Positions 11,028-24,705 of a DNA stretch of 64,000 nucleotides are shown here, piece after piece. The notes under the pieces are model-generated. The model did no database searches, was not told the DNA's origin, and saw only the letters and a list, made by a program, of their open reading frames with translations. A program made the position numbers and the translations under genes. Origin of the DNA: Octopus vulgaris. Its lineage: Eukaryota. The stretch covers positions 21,824,001 through 21,888,000 of the forward strand of contig OX597832.1 of NCBI GenBank assembly GCA_951406725.2. The letters are read 5' to 3'. How positions within the stretch are numbered: the stretch's first letter is position 1; every line of letters begins with the position of its first letter.

Positions 11028-11329
11028 GTGGTACTGGGTCCCCAGCACAGGAAAAAAAAGACCGGTTGGTCACGGCTGGAATGTTTCTGATCATTGGTCT
11101 AGTTGATCAGGACTAGTCTGGGGTTAAACTATAGCAACTGTGTAGAGACTCATACAGTAGTTGTACGTGTGTATAATTTTATATACACCCACTTGCTCTG
11201 TATGTATACATTTAAAAGACGTGTGTCTGTTGTGATTTCAATTCCTGAACCGGGCGACACATTGTGTTCCTGAGCAAAATGCTTAATTTCATGTGGATCC
11301 AGTCCGCTCAGTTGGTCCGGTCTTGAACC

Positions 11330-11865
11330 CCTATCTTGCCCAGGATATCAATCATCTGGAAGCCGTTCAGCGACGTGCAAACCAAAAGAATACCCCCCAT
11401 CAGGCATTTGCCATATTCTGAACGCCTTACTTCCCTGGCCATGGACACATTGAAACTCCGATGTCTGGCAGCTGACTTGGCAGACACCCATAAAATTATC
11501 AACCATCTTACAAACAATAACTCTGAGCACCTTTTCAAACTCCACCCGTGGACATATTTACAAAGTCAGAAAACAGCACAGTTCCCATGACTTTCGGAAA
11601 CATTTTTTCCCGCTGAGAGTTGCTGAAGCATGGAACAAACTGCTGGCATCAGTTGTTAGTTGTCGGAGCACTGCATCCTTCAAAACTTCCATGCTTCCTG
11701 AGATTCGCCAACACTACACCTGATTTTCTCCCCTCCGTACACATGCAAGCATGTATCTGACTCATACACTGTTCACTTTTCAGACATTTGTACATTACTG
11801 CATATACTTTTTGACAAGTTGTGGTGCACCTGAGCACTGTATACAATAATTTCATTATTATTATA
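11330..11865 (+). pseudogene. CR1-clade LINE 3' end with (ATT)n tail
   Basis: TKRIPPIRHLPYSERLTSLAMDTLKLRCLAADL..RKHFFPLRVAEAWNKL; frameshifted. Older related copy at ~27660-27990. Confidence 0.85.
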
Positions 11866-12064
11866 TTATTTAAGATGAGTAATCATGTAACAGACTAGTG
11901 TCCCATCCAGGGGGAGGAGAATATATACACCTCAGAAACTGAGAAGCCAACCCTTAAGAGTCTATATCAGTGCTCTGCAACCAGTATGCTCCAGTACAGT
12001 GGTGTGCCATGGGTTGATGCTAGGTGTGTCACAATGTAACCTGAATATAATGTTTTCCCCTGCT

Positions 12065-12295
12065 CTTTACTCTTTTACTTGTTTCAGTCATCTGACTGCG
12101 GCCATGCTGGAGCACCGCGTTTAGTCGAGCAAATCGACCCCAGGACTTATTCTTTGGAAGCCTAGTGCTTATTCTATCAGTCACTTTTGCCTAACCGCTA
12201 AGTTACAGGGATGTAAACACACCAGCATCAATTGTCAAGCGATGTTGGGGGAACAGACACAGACACACAAACATGCACACACACACACACACACG

Positions 12296-12338
<43 letters not shown>

Positions 12339-12476
12339 CGGGCTTCTTTCAGTTTCCGTCTACCAAATCCACTCACAAGGCTTTGGTCGGCCCGAGGCTA
12401 TAGCAGAAGATACTTGCTTAAGGTGCCATGCAGTGGGACTGAACCCGGAACCATGTGGTTGGTAAGCAAGCTACTT
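12065..12476 (-). mobile_element. CORE-type SINE
   Basis: Near full-length match to the 59546 family. Confidence 0.9.
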
Positions 12477-13059
12477 TATTTCATCAAATTTGCCATGACG
12501 GCGTTACAAAGAGTAGCTTGTGGGCTGGACAGAAACATTAATGAGATGAATAATGAAAAAAAAATTGAAAAAATATGATATAGATGGGAGAAGACAAAAA
12601 ATACCCACCGATTTTTTGCTTCTCTAATACATTATTCTTTTTTTAAAAAAAATAAAATGTGGTATTAAACCTCTTACTTTAGTTTATTACAAATAATCTT
12701 TTTGTCATTATGGAGATATGTACTTGCATAGCAAGTGACTTGATCTGAGATCGTGTGCTGGAACGAAAACAATTGCAGCGTGGAAGGTGTTTGTAAGCCA
12801 TTTAAGAAACACACAAAAACCGTTAAATTCACTTCAACATTTAAACTGGACATATCTGGCTAAAATATTCTACCTGATTTGTCGTCAGATCAGACAGTTC
12901 TGACCTCTCACACCTACCCTACAATGCTATTTTAAAAATAAACAACTACCTGATCGAAATCTCAAAGCTATGGGATAATGCATGGCTAATTCAAACCAAT
13001 GTGAATAAATAAGCATTACGTTTGACAGAATAATCTGAATGCTAAAGGCTTAAATTTAA

Positions 13060-13110
13060 TTTGTCAAAATATTTTCATTGCTTTGAGACTGCGACCTGTT
13101 CACTGACAAA
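13060..13110 (-). ncRNA. Minimal type I hammerhead ribozyme motif, G3-C8 core variant (PLE-associated)
   Basis: Minus strand: tttgtca GTGAACA g gtcgc agtctcaaa gcaat GAA AATATT T tgacaaa. 7-bp stem I, palindromic stem III. Confidence 0.65.
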
Positions 13111-13429
13111 AGCAAGCTACTTACCACACAACCACTCCCTATACATTTAGTTATATTTTCAGTTCAGTTGTGTCACCGAATTTTGAAAAGAATATAAGTG
13201 TACCACAAGTGAAAAAAAGGGTCACAGAGCATTGGTCTACATGACTTGGGAAGGAATTTTATCCCTTGTGTCTATGCGTACATTTGAGACAATATATTAA
13301 TGCCACCAAGCTTGGAATTTTGTTTGAGTTAGCCTGTGTATTTATGAAATAAATGATGTATTTCATAGGTGGTCCCTTATAACTTCATACCAGTGATCTT
13401 TGTGGGTTTCCTTGTGATTTCTCATACTC

Positions 13430-13828
13430 TTTTTTTTTTACTTGTTTCAGTCATTTGACTGCGGCCATGCTGGAGCACCGCCTTTAGTCGAGCAAATCGA
13501 CCCCAGGACTTATTATTTGGAAGCCTTGTACTTACTCAATCTGTCTCTTTTGCCAAACTGCTAAGTTACGGGGACGCAAGCACACCAGCATCGGTTGTCA
13601 AGCGATGCTGGAGGGACAAACACAGACACACAAATATATATATATATATATGTACACATATACGACGGGCTTCTTTCAGTTTCCATCTATCAAATCCACT
13701 CACAAGGCTTTGGTCGGCCCGAGGCTATAGTAGAAGACACTTGCCCAAGGTGCCACGCAGTAGGAATGAACCCGGAACCATGTGGTTGGTAAGCAAGCTA
13801 CTTACCACACAGCCACTCCTGCGCCTAT
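13430..13828 (-). mobile_element. Full-length CORE-type SINE
   Basis: Head accacacagccactcctgcgcc at ~13804-13825. Confidence 0.9.
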
Positions 13829-14687
13829 GTGAGAGTATTAACAAAAACAGCAGCGGTAACAATGGGGTCGATGACCAAGTCAATGAAGGAGTCTCCATGA
13901 CAGGAAGTGAGAGAATTTTTTTGCACCAAGGGCCAATTTTTGCAATCTGACCTGGCAAGGTCTCTGCAGCTGGATGCCCTTCCTAATGCCACCCTCTCTG
14001 AGAGTGTAGTGGGTGCTTTTTATTTGCCACCGGCACAAGGGCCAGTAAGATGGTACTGGCATCAACCACGCTTGAATGGTACGTAAGGGGTAAGGTAAAC
14101 GACTCTCTTTGGTTATGAATGACCGTAGGATTGCACCTAGAAAGTTTCCTTCCGAGGCACAAGTCCAGACCAGGTTGTTTAGGGAAGACCAACCTCTCTT
14201 CTCCATGCCACCGATGTTATCCAAGGGAAAAGCAAAGGGCTATACAGCTCAATACCAGTGACATCACAACTCATTTCTGCAGCTGGTTAAACTGGAGCAA
14301 CATGAAATAAAGTGTCTTGCTCAAGGACACAACACATAGCCTTGTCTGGGAATCGAACTCATTACCTCGTGATTGTGAGCTGATGATCTAACCATTAAGT
14401 CATGTGCCTGGTACTTAAGTCATGTAACAATTAGCTAAACCTTGGTATCTGTTACCTGGTCGTATTCACAGCAGAGGTTTTGGAAAAAGTCGGGGTATGG
14501 AATTGAGGCCCAAAATCATATTAAAAAGAAAATTGAAATTTTTTGAAGAAAAACTCCTTTCAAAATTATAATTTCAATTGTATGAAACACAGAAATACTT
14601 TAAAAAAAAAAATGAAAGAGGAAGAAAAAGACAACCCCTAATTGTAAGCCCTTTTGTTTCCTCATGAAGTCTTTTGTCTTTTTCCAG

Positions 14688-14886
14688 TCGTCGGTCGTTC
14701 TGTCCTGTGGACAATCTGCAGCAAACAGGATGTCTCTACATGTGGGATTATTGGGGACCACTTGTGAAATTCATATTCCCACGAAACTTCTTCCACTGCC
14801 AGGGTTCGAGATGCCTCGAGGGTGGTGGAAGAAGCCGACTCAACCCGCCCAGGGTGAATGTCACCACAAGTACAAGTACAACTATG
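14688..14886 (+). CDS. Candidate coding exon C of the unidentified gene (RRSFCPVDNLQQTGCLYMWDYWGPLVKFIFPRNFFHCQGSRC...TTM)
   Basis: Acceptor cttttgtctttttccag and donor G|gtaata. GC-richer, non-repetitive island; phase 2 start matches exon B. Confidence 0.6.
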
Positions 14887-15374
14887 GTAATAAAAGGGTT
14901 AATAAGAACAGTTATTTTCCTAAATTCTTTTTCTAAAATATTGAAACAAAAATAGTGTATTTCAACTGAATATTTTACTAAATTCTTTAATATTTTCTAC
15001 ATTAAAACCTTTCACCAAATTTTCATGTTAATTTGTACCAGGTTAATGATGAAAAAGTTATTTTGTTAAATTCTTCATAACTAAAAGGTTTTAGTTGAAC
15101 AAATCGACCGCAGTATTTATTTTCATTTTTAAGTGTGATATTTATTCTATTGGTCTCTTTTGCCAAACCTCTAAGTTATTTGGACGTAAACAAACCAACA
15201 TCGATTGTTAAGTGAAAGTAGGAACAAACACGAACACACGCACACACACATGCACATACGCTACAAAATTCACTTACAAGGCATTGGTCAGTTCAGGGTT
15301 GTAGTAGAAGACACTTTACCCAAGGTGGCGCACAGTGGGGTTGAACCCAAAACCCAGGTTCGAAATTTCTCCAA

Positions 15375-15417
15375 GACACCTGATGAAGGCTGGAGGGCAT
15401 GTCAGCCGAAACGTGTT
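15375..15417 (+). ncRNA. Degenerate minimal hammerhead motif in a PLE terminal-repeat remnant
   Basis: acac CTGATGA a ggctg..cagcc GAAA cg tgtt; cleavage triplet damaged. Confidence 0.6.
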
Positions 15418-17068
15418 CACAACAAACAAGATGAGGACAAATGTCCATCAAATGTAAATAATCTAAATAATGTAAATGGACAAAGTGTTCTAAATTTAAA
15501 CCTTCCATCACAATTTCATATTCATTCATGTTCCAGATGATGATAATCTTTTTTTTTTTTTTTGATAAAGTTTACATTAATTTTCGAAATTAATTGAAAT
15601 GAAAGCAGAGAATTACGGTAACAAAACGGTTAATTATGGTTTCAAATTTTGCCATAAGGGCAGCAATTTTCAGGCAGGGGATGAGTCGATTACGTTGACC
15701 CCAGTGTTCAACTAGTACTTATTTTATCGACCCCTGAAGGCAAAGTCAATTTCAGTGGAATTTGAACTACAAAAAAAAAATAAATAAAAGGCTTAATAAG
15801 GACAACCATTTTACTAAATGTTTCCTTATTTTCAAAATTAAAACTTTCCATTAAAATTTCAGGTTAATTTACTAGGTTCTCATCAGAAGATTCTAAATCG
15901 TTTTAAATATCTCAGAGAATTAAGCAACCAATCTCTTTAGATATGCAACAATTTCAGTAGCTACAGAGAAATGAGAGTGCTAATTTGCATGCTGCAAATG
16001 ATAATACTTTATTTAATATCAGGGACCTGTTGATAGGGATCTCAGTTCACACAGTATCTAAGTATGATGTAATATATGTAACCTAATAAGGCAGCGAGCT
16101 TGCAGAAATGTTAGCATGCTGGGCAAAATGCTTAGTGGTATTTCATCTGTCTACACGTTCTGAGTTCAAATTCCACCAAGGTCGACTTTGGCTTACTTCC
16201 TTTCAAGGTTGATAAATTAAGTACTAGTTGCGTACTGGGGCTGATCTAATCAACTGGTCCCCTCACCAAAAATTTCAGGCCTTGTGCCTCGCGTAGAAAA
16301 AAAACATTTGCACACTGAGCGAAATGCTTAACAGTATTTCGTCTGTCTTTGTGTTCTGAGTTCAAATTGCACTGACTTTGCCTTTCATCCTTTTAGGATC
16401 TATAAATTAAGTACCAGTTGTGTACTAGGGTCGATATAATCGACTGGGCCCATCCCCAAAAGATTTCGGGCCTTGTACTTAGTGTAGAAAAGAATATATG
16501 TATAAATATATATATATATATTTGCTAGTACCGCCGGACTGGCCCAATGCCAGTGGCACATAAAAGCACCCACTACACCCTCGGAGTGGTTGGCGTTAGG
16601 AAGGGCATCCAGCTGTAGAAACTCCACCAGATCAAGATTGAAGCCTGGTTTGCCAGCCCTCAGTCAAATTGTCAAACCCATGCCAGCATGGAAAGGGGAC
16701 GTTAAACGATGATCATGATGATGATATATAAGAAAATGGAGAAGAAATATAGTGGATACTTATTTTATTTTGTTTGTATCATGATGAAAACGTATCAAAT
16801 AATGTAATACAAATAAAATCTAAAGGAACAGAATCAACAAGAAACAAGCATAAACGACGTTAAACGATGATGATGATGATGATGATGATGTCTACACATG
16901 TTTCAAACTGGAACTTTCTCTCAATATATAAACTGGTACCACCAGTTGATATCTGGATTTTAAGAATTCCTAATGAGGTAATTACATCCTCAATTTTGAC
17001 AGTATAAAACGTAACCTCATGAATCGTTGGTGATTTTCTTCCTCTGTCTTTCTATTGGACTTTCCTCT

Positions 17069-17104
17069 GCTTCTGAAGAAGAGCGTCTGCTTGAAACGTC
17101 AAAC
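17069..17104 (+). ncRNA. Minimal hammerhead motif (CUGAAGA core, GUC site) in a PLE remnant ending in (TA)n
   Basis: gctt CTGAAGA a gagc gtct gctt GAAAC GTC aaac. Confidence 0.6.
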
Positions 17105-17717
17105 CATCTTTCTTTCCTTCCCTGAGCGTCTGCTAATACTTTACATGTACCACGTCCTAATGTTATTCTTTTGTGTTTGTTCTTTTATGGATTTACTATA
17201 CATATATATATATATATAGAGAATAAAACTTTATATATAAAGAACGTGAAATACACGAATTGACGAACACGGAAAACAGACAGTCATTCAGAGCCTTCAT
17301 TCTTCAGTCAGAAACCGATTCATCATGGCAAATTTCGGCTGTTTAATTCTGAGATTTGCTCCAAAACGGCCAGCCCCAAGGAAAAGCTAAGCTATGGGCA
17401 TTAGATTTCCTTGGTAGAAGGAACGAATGTGACAACAGACAAATAGGAAAACAAGAGACGAAGATATATATATATATATATATATATAAAACTTACTGTT
17501 AATAAAAGTCAGGGTGCATGTTAATAAGGAAAAAAATGTATTGTAACTACACAAATGCAAAGTAAAAAGCATGTAATGTATATTGAATGCACAAATGGAC
17601 ACAAGACAGACACAGAAGGTCTCTAATTTTTCATCAGTTATCAACCATATGGTAATAGTGCGAAACAGTAATACATTTTTTACTTTTCTTTTGTGATTTA
17701 CTATACTTTTCTTCTCG

Positions 17718-18076
17718 GCCGGTTGCCCGTTCGTGGCCGGTTGCCAGCTCTGTCTGGCCCCGTGTCGGTGGCACGTAAAAGCACCATCCGTTCGTGTCCG
17801 TTGCCAGCATCGCCTGGCCCCGTGCCGGTGACACGTAAAAGCACCATCCGTTCGTGGCCATTTGCCAGCTCTGTCTGGCACCTGTGCAGGTGGCACGTAA
17901 AGAACACCCACTACACTCGCGGAGTGGTTGGCGTTAGGAAAGGCATCCAGCTGTAGAAACACTGCCAGATCTGACTGGGCCTGACGAAGCCTTCCAGCTT
18001 CACAGACCCCAGTTGACCCGTCCAACCCATGCTAGCATGGAAAGCAGATGCTAAACGATGATGATGATGATGATGA
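17718..18076 (+). mobile_element. SINE-like retroelement with ~60-bp internal tandem repeats and (GAT)n tail
   Basis: ggcacgtaaaagcacc x3, then gtggttggcgttaggaaaggcatccagctgtagaaac...ctaaacgatgatgatg. Other copies at ~16530-16725, 29345-29620(-), 34870-35055, 37425-37990(-) and 52795-52960(-). Confidence 0.8.
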
Positions 18077-18906
18077 TTATTACGAATTTGGGATTTTACC
18101 AATAGAACTGCAACTCCTATTTCAGGATAGCCTTATTGATTGGAATACACATAGAAAGTTATATCCAATAAAATAATATAAGCATTTAAAAAAAACTACT
18201 ATAAAATACAAATCGGACTAGAGTCTGGTGTAGCACCCCCAGCTTGTCAGCTTTGGTCACACTGTCCAACCCATGCCAGCATGGTCAACAGATGTTAAAT
18301 GATGATGACGATGATGGTGAAACAAAAAACAAGTGTAATATTTCATTTAGATATATTAAATCTGTTTAACTTATGTCACTGGTTTCGTCCCATTTTAGCT
18401 GAACATATAAAATGAAAGTGGAGGCGCGTGGCTTAGTGGTTAGGGTGTCAGCATCATGATTGTAAGATTGTGGTTTTGATTCCTGGAGCAGGCGACGCAT
18501 TGTGTTCTTGAGCAAAATACTTCATTTCACATTCCTCCAGTCCACTCAGCTGGCAAAAATGAGTAACACTGCGATGGACTGGTGTCCCGTCCAGCTTGGG
18601 AATACATATGCCATTGAAACTGAGAAACCGGGCCCATGAGCCTGGCTAGGCTTTAAAAGGGTGCATTTATATTATTATATAAAATGAAAATGAGAAAATA
18701 ATTATCAAATGTAATTAGAATATGTAGGACTGGAATTTTTATACATATATGCATACATGTAGGTACAGGTATGGCTATGTGATAAGAAGCTTGCTCCCCA
18801 ACTTGATGGTTCTGGGTTCAGTCCCACTGCATGGCACCTTGGGTGAATGTCTTCTGCTATAGCCTTGTGAATGGATTTGATAGGCGGAAACTGAAAGAAG
18901 CTCATC

Positions 18907-18952
<46 letters not shown>

Positions 18953-19644
18953 GTGTGTGTGTCTTTGTGTCTATGTTTGTCCTCCACCACCACCTGGTAA
19001 CTGGTGTTGGTGTGTTTACATCCCTGTAACTTGCCAGTTCAGCAAAAACAGACTAATAGAATAAGTACGAGGTTTAAAAAAAGAAGTACTGGGGTTGATT
19101 TATTTGACTAAAAACTCTTCAACGCAGTGCTCCAGCATGGCTGTAGTCTAAATAGTAAAAATACATTAAAAAAAAAAGACATTCACAACCAGTCTCTTGT
19201 AGGTTTCAATTAACCAAATCCACAAAGCTTTGATTGACCCGGGCCTATAATAGCAGGCGCCACATAGTGGGACTGAACCCTTGACCATGTTGTTGGAAAG
19301 CAAGCTTCTTACCCACACAGCCACTCCTACTTTCTAATTAATTTAATGAAAATCCTCCAATCAACAAATGAAATATTTCCTCTCTTGGCAACACTCCAAT
19401 ATGCTTCCCATATTTTTGGTTCTTGAATTTCTAAATCTTATTAATTTCTTTTAGCAGAATGAAAGACTAAAACATGGTTTCCATAGAAATTCATTCCATT
19501 CTTCTGTTCTCAATAAATGCTTATTTTTCTTCAACAATTTTTGTTGGTCCTTCTTTTATTCTATTTTTGTTTTGTTTTGTTTTTATCTTGGGAGGGTCAT
19601 TTTGCCAATAAACACACACACATACATTGGTTCTATTTCACTTC

Positions 19645-19720
<76 letters not shown>

Positions 19721-20878
19721 CAATCAGTTAACCATTTAATTAATTAACAGTTGTTTGATTAATTGTTCTGCCAATGACTCTCTCTTTCTCTACTACCTAT
19801 TTCTTTACTACCCACAAGGGGCTAAACATAGAAGGGACAAACAAGTACAGACAAACGGATTAATTCGATTATATCGACCACAGTGTGTAACTGGTACTTA
19901 TTTAATCGACCCCGAAAGGATGAAAGGCAAAGTCGACCTCAGCAGAATTTGATCTCAGAACGTAACGGCAGATGAAATAACGCTAAACATTTCGCCCGGC
20001 CTGCTAACGTTTCGGTATCTTTCGGTTGGACACCATGATATTGTTGTAAATGAGCATCACCATCATACAAGCAGTGTCTTTCTTTCAAGAGGGAAAGCCA
20101 CGTTTATTCCACAGCACAGAGGCTCCAAGACTGGTGATCCCTATCCTACCAGCTTTTGCTGTCCAAATGATAATAACGGTTTCAAATTTTGGCACAAGGC
20201 CAGCAATTTTTAGTTCTGGTTCTGGGTTCAGTCCCACTGCGTGGCACCTTGGGCAAGTGTCTTCTGCTATAGTCTCGGGCCGACCAAAGCCTTGTGAGTG
20301 AATTTGGTAGACGGAAACTGAAAGAAGCCCGTCGTATATATATATATATATGCGTGTGTGTGTTTGTGTGTCTGTGTTTGTCCCCCTAGCATTGCTTGAC
20401 AACCGATGCTGGTGTGTTTACGTCCCCGTAACCTAGCGGTTCGGCAAAAGAGACCGATAGAATAAGTACTGGGCTTCCAAAGAATAAGTCTCGGGGTCGA
20501 TTTGCTCGACTAAAGGCGGTGCTCCAGCATGGCCGCAGTCAAATGACTGAAACAAGTAAAAGAGTATCTTAAAATGTTATAATTAAGCGTAACGAGTAAA
20601 AACAAAATTTTTACATTTCAGAGTTATTTCCCTTACATCAGACTGTAGTGAGAAACAACTTGAGGCCGATAGAATAAGTACTAAGCTTCCAGAATAAGTC
20701 CTGGGCTCGATTTGTTCGACTAAATGTGGCGCACCAGTTTGGCTGCAGTCAAATGACTGAAATGAATAAAAGAAAAGGCGGCGAGCTGGCAGAAATGTTA
20801 GCACACCGGGCAAAATGCTTAGCACGATGTGGTCCAACTTTACGCTCTGAGTTCAAATTCCGCCGAGGTTCGTCTTTC

Positions 20879-20940
<62 letters not shown>

Positions 20941-21203
20941 CCCGACCAGGCTATCAGATGTTGCTACACATCGCTGGTCACAATGCGCTTCGCATTGTTT
21001 TAGCCTTCAAATGACGCCACCCCGCTGGCTAAGCGAGCAGGCCAACAGAAGAAAGAGTGGTGAAAGAGTACAACAGGGAGTTACCATTCTCGTGGAGCTT
21101 TTAGATGTTTTCGCTCAATAAACACTCACAACATCCGGTCTGGGAATCGAAACCGCGATCCTACGACCGCAAATCCGCTGCTCTATCCACTGGGCCATTG
21201 CGC

Positions 21204-21244
<41 letters not shown>

Positions 21245-21254
21245 CACACATATA

Positions 21255-21540
21255 TATAAATATGGATAAGATCGTTAATTTAAAAATAAAATAACGATTT
21301 TATCAAGTGGCCAGCATGGAAAAAATAACCTTCAAAGGTAATAATTATCAAAATTATAAATTAGGGCAGCTACGAGATACCACCATGCTGAAAATAGCAA
21401 CCATGATCCAACTTTAAAATCACCTAAATTATAATTTATAATTTTAATAATTATTACCTTTGAAGGTTATTTTTTCCATGCAGACCACTTGATAAAATCG
21501 TTATTTTATTTTTAAATTAAGGATCTTATCCTTATTTATA
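21255..21540. repeat. Fold-back inverted repeat, ~109-bp arms, ~68-nt spacer
   Basis: Arms 21255-21363 and 21432-21540. Confidence 0.9.
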
Positions 21541-22025
21541 TAAATTTAAATTTATTTCGTCACTGTATTTACTGCGGTGATATTCTGACCATATTTCACG
21601 TGGAATGAAACGGCGGGCATTTTGAACTGGCCACAATGCAGACGTGTCTATGTTTGGGGGTGTGGCCCACCCTTACTCTGCGGACACTGAATCCACCCGC
21701 TTCCCACCCACAAGAAAACAAAAGAAAAAAGATAATGCAAACACACAGGATAACTTAGAAAATTCTAATCCCAATAACAAGGAAGAAATAGGTGAAATAT
21801 TGGAAAGGGTTGACAGCCGGGATAGGGCAGGGTTTGATGTATGGAATAATTTCTGAGGACCAAGAAAAAGAACTCAAGGAAAAATTATTGGAAAAATGTT
21901 ATAAATTGATTAAGCAAACAATTGAACCGAATAAAAGACATGAACTGGAAGAAATATATGGAAGGAAAGTAGAGGACTACGTGTTTTTCATACCGTTATA
22001 GGGAAGAAGGACAGGTAAGTGATTC

Positions 22026-22287
22026 GGTACTACTTGAGAACAGTGGTCCCGGTGCGCGCACTCGCGCTAGCTAGTCATGACTAGTCGATCCTTACTTTGT
22101 GTTTTTGTGTGTTATTTACTTTGTGTAAAAAATTATTGGCACTGTCATGCCTTTAGTTTACTTTGTGTAAAAAAATTATTTAGTTTTATTTACTTTGCTA
22201 GATACTCGTTTTAGGATCGACTAGTCACCACTAGCTAGCGCGACTACGCGAGTGCGCGCACCGGGACCACTGTTCTCAAGTAGTACC
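22026..22287. mobile_element. Second copy (inverted) of the GGTACTAC MITE, 8-bp imperfect TSD
   Basis: TIR ggtactacttgagaacagtggtcccggtgcgcgcactcgcg; flanks agtgattc / agtgatgc. Confidence 0.9.
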
Positions 22288-23069
22288 AGTGATGCTATCG
22301 GGTGGGGCCGTTACCATCGCTTTCATTTTTCATTTTCAAAACTTTCATTTTTCATACGTTTATGTATTTGAGATGTTTTGTGTCCCCAATGTTTCTAATG
22401 TCCCCCTCTGTGTAAGCCCTTTATGGGTAATAAAAAAAATCAACGTGCATATATATATATGTGGGTATACGTTCGTATATGTAAGTATTCGTATGCTGTA
22501 TTTATTTATATATATATATATATATAATAATTTGTTTAAGAACTTCTGTGAATCTAACCATCCACCAATTCTTCTCCAATAAATTTATAATTCTATAAAC
22601 GATTTCCTTGTTAATGTATTGGAGTTAGCGAACATCATTGGGCGGCAGCGTGGGTGTTTGATTAAGAGGCTCACCTTACAGCCGCGTCGATTCAGGTTCG
22701 ATCTCACTACGCAGCGCCTTATGCTAGTGTCTTCTACTGTAGCCCAAGGCTGACCAATGCCTATGAGTGGATTTTGGATGACGGAAACTGAAAGCTTGTT
22801 GTTTTATGCATATTGTCTGTGTGTGTGTTTGTATATATATATATATTTTACACATTTTTCTCCGTTTTCTTTCCATTTTCCCCCTCTTAATCTTTTCTGT
22901 CGAAGTGCCTAGGCTTCCATTCTTCCCGAGCGTTAAACTAATACACCTGCTTGTTGTTCTTTCACCTGTCTTCGTCTTTTGTTTTCTCTGAATATATATA
23001 TATATTGTTGTATTTCGGGACGGTCATTTTTTTTGCCAAATAAACACACGCACTGTATATTTTTTTCTA

Positions 23070-23740
23070 ATTAAGTCGAAAGCATCGACACCAATGCGTA
23101 ACTGGTACTTAATTAATCGACCCCGAAAGGATGAAATCAAAGTCGACCTCGGCGGAATTTGAACTCAGAACAAAATACCTATTTCTTTACAAACAAGGAC
23201 AGACAAGCGGATTAAGTCGATTATATTGACCCCAGTGCAAAACTGGTACTTATTTAATCGACCCCGAAAGGATGAAAGGCAAAGTTGACTTCGGCGGAAT
23301 TTGATCTCAGAACATAGCGGCAGACGAAATACCTATTTCTTTACTACCCACAAGGGGCTAAACACAGAGGGGACAAACAAGGACGACAAACGGATTAAGT
23401 CGATTATATCGACCCCAGTGCGTAACTGGTACTTAATTCATCGACCCCCGAAAGGATGAAAGGCAAAGTTGACCTCAGCGGAATTTGAATTCAGAACATA
23501 ACGGCAGACAAAATACGGCTACGCATTTCGTCCGGCGTGCTAACGTTTCTGCCATGTCGCCGCCGCCTTCTTTAAAGAATATTTTCTACTCTATGCCAAG
23601 GCCCGAAATTCCGGATGAGTTGGGGAGGGTCAGTCGATTAGATCGACCCCAGTACGCAACTGGTACTTAATTTATCCAGACGAAAAACCGCTAAGCATTT
23701 CGCCCGGCGTGCTAACGTTTCTGCCATCTCGCTGCCTTAG
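23070..23740 (-). mobile_element. Head-to-tail/nested cluster of Nin/Deu-type SINEs
   Basis: Repeated cgaccccgaaaggatgaaaggcaaagt.gac.tc.gcggaatttgaactcagaa. Confidence 0.85.
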
Positions 23741-24027
23741 ATTAAAAGAATATTAAAGAGACTATCTTTCTGCTTCTTGAATATAAATGTATGCCTGACA
23801 CAGTTATTTCCCTTTGCGTCTTGCAGCACAGAGAATAGTTTTCCGTGGCGGAGCGTATCAAGTTATGTCCCTGTACGTTCTATGTTGAAATATTGTTGAG
23901 ACACAACCCCTTGCCATTCCATCGGGTATTTTATAAAATATAAGTTCTACAGTTTCAGGCACTGGGAGTCCATATATACGACTATAACCATTCTTCAAAT
24001 TTATGACCTTGTACCTGTTCCAGAAAT

Positions 24028-24292
24028 ACTCTTTTACTTGTTTCAGTCATTTGACTGTGGCCATGCTGGAGTAAATGGACCTCAGGACTTATTCATTGTA
24101 AGCCTAGTACTTATTCTATCGATCTCTTTTGCCGAAACTCTAGGTTACGGGAACGTAAATACACCAGCATCGGTTGTCAAGTGATGTTAGGAGGACAAAC
24201 ACACACACAAACATATACACACACACATACATACATACATATAATACATATCTATCTATTTGGTAGACGGAAACTGAAAGAAGCCCATCGTG

Positions 24293-24334
<42 letters not shown>

Positions 24335-24374
24335 TATATATATACATATATACATATATATATGTGTGTATATA

Positions 24375-24416
<42 letters not shown>

Positions 24417-24421
24417 CATAC

Positions 24422-24458
<37 letters not shown>

Positions 24459-24509
24459 CATATGTATATATATATATATATATACATACATATGTATATA
24501 TATATATAT

Positions 24510-24540
<31 letters not shown>

Positions 24541-24705
24541 CACACTATGGGCTTCTTTCTGTTTCCGTCTACCAAATCCACTCACAAGGCATTGGTCGGC
24601 CCGAGGCTATAATAGAAGACACTTGCCCAAAGGTGCCACGCAGTGGGACTGAAACCGGAACCATGTGGTTGGTAAGCAAGCTACTTACCACATAGCCACT
24701 CCTAC
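24028..24705 (-). mobile_element. CORE-type SINE with expanded internal (TA/CA)n
   Basis: SINE 3' and 5' parts flank a ~250-bp microsatellite and a short inverted SINE piece (24259-24292). Confidence 0.85.

Noticed and set aside
21644-22001. K/E-rich short ORFs
   Set aside because: Broken by stops and truncated by a MITE; possibly a decayed retroelement ORF but not assignable
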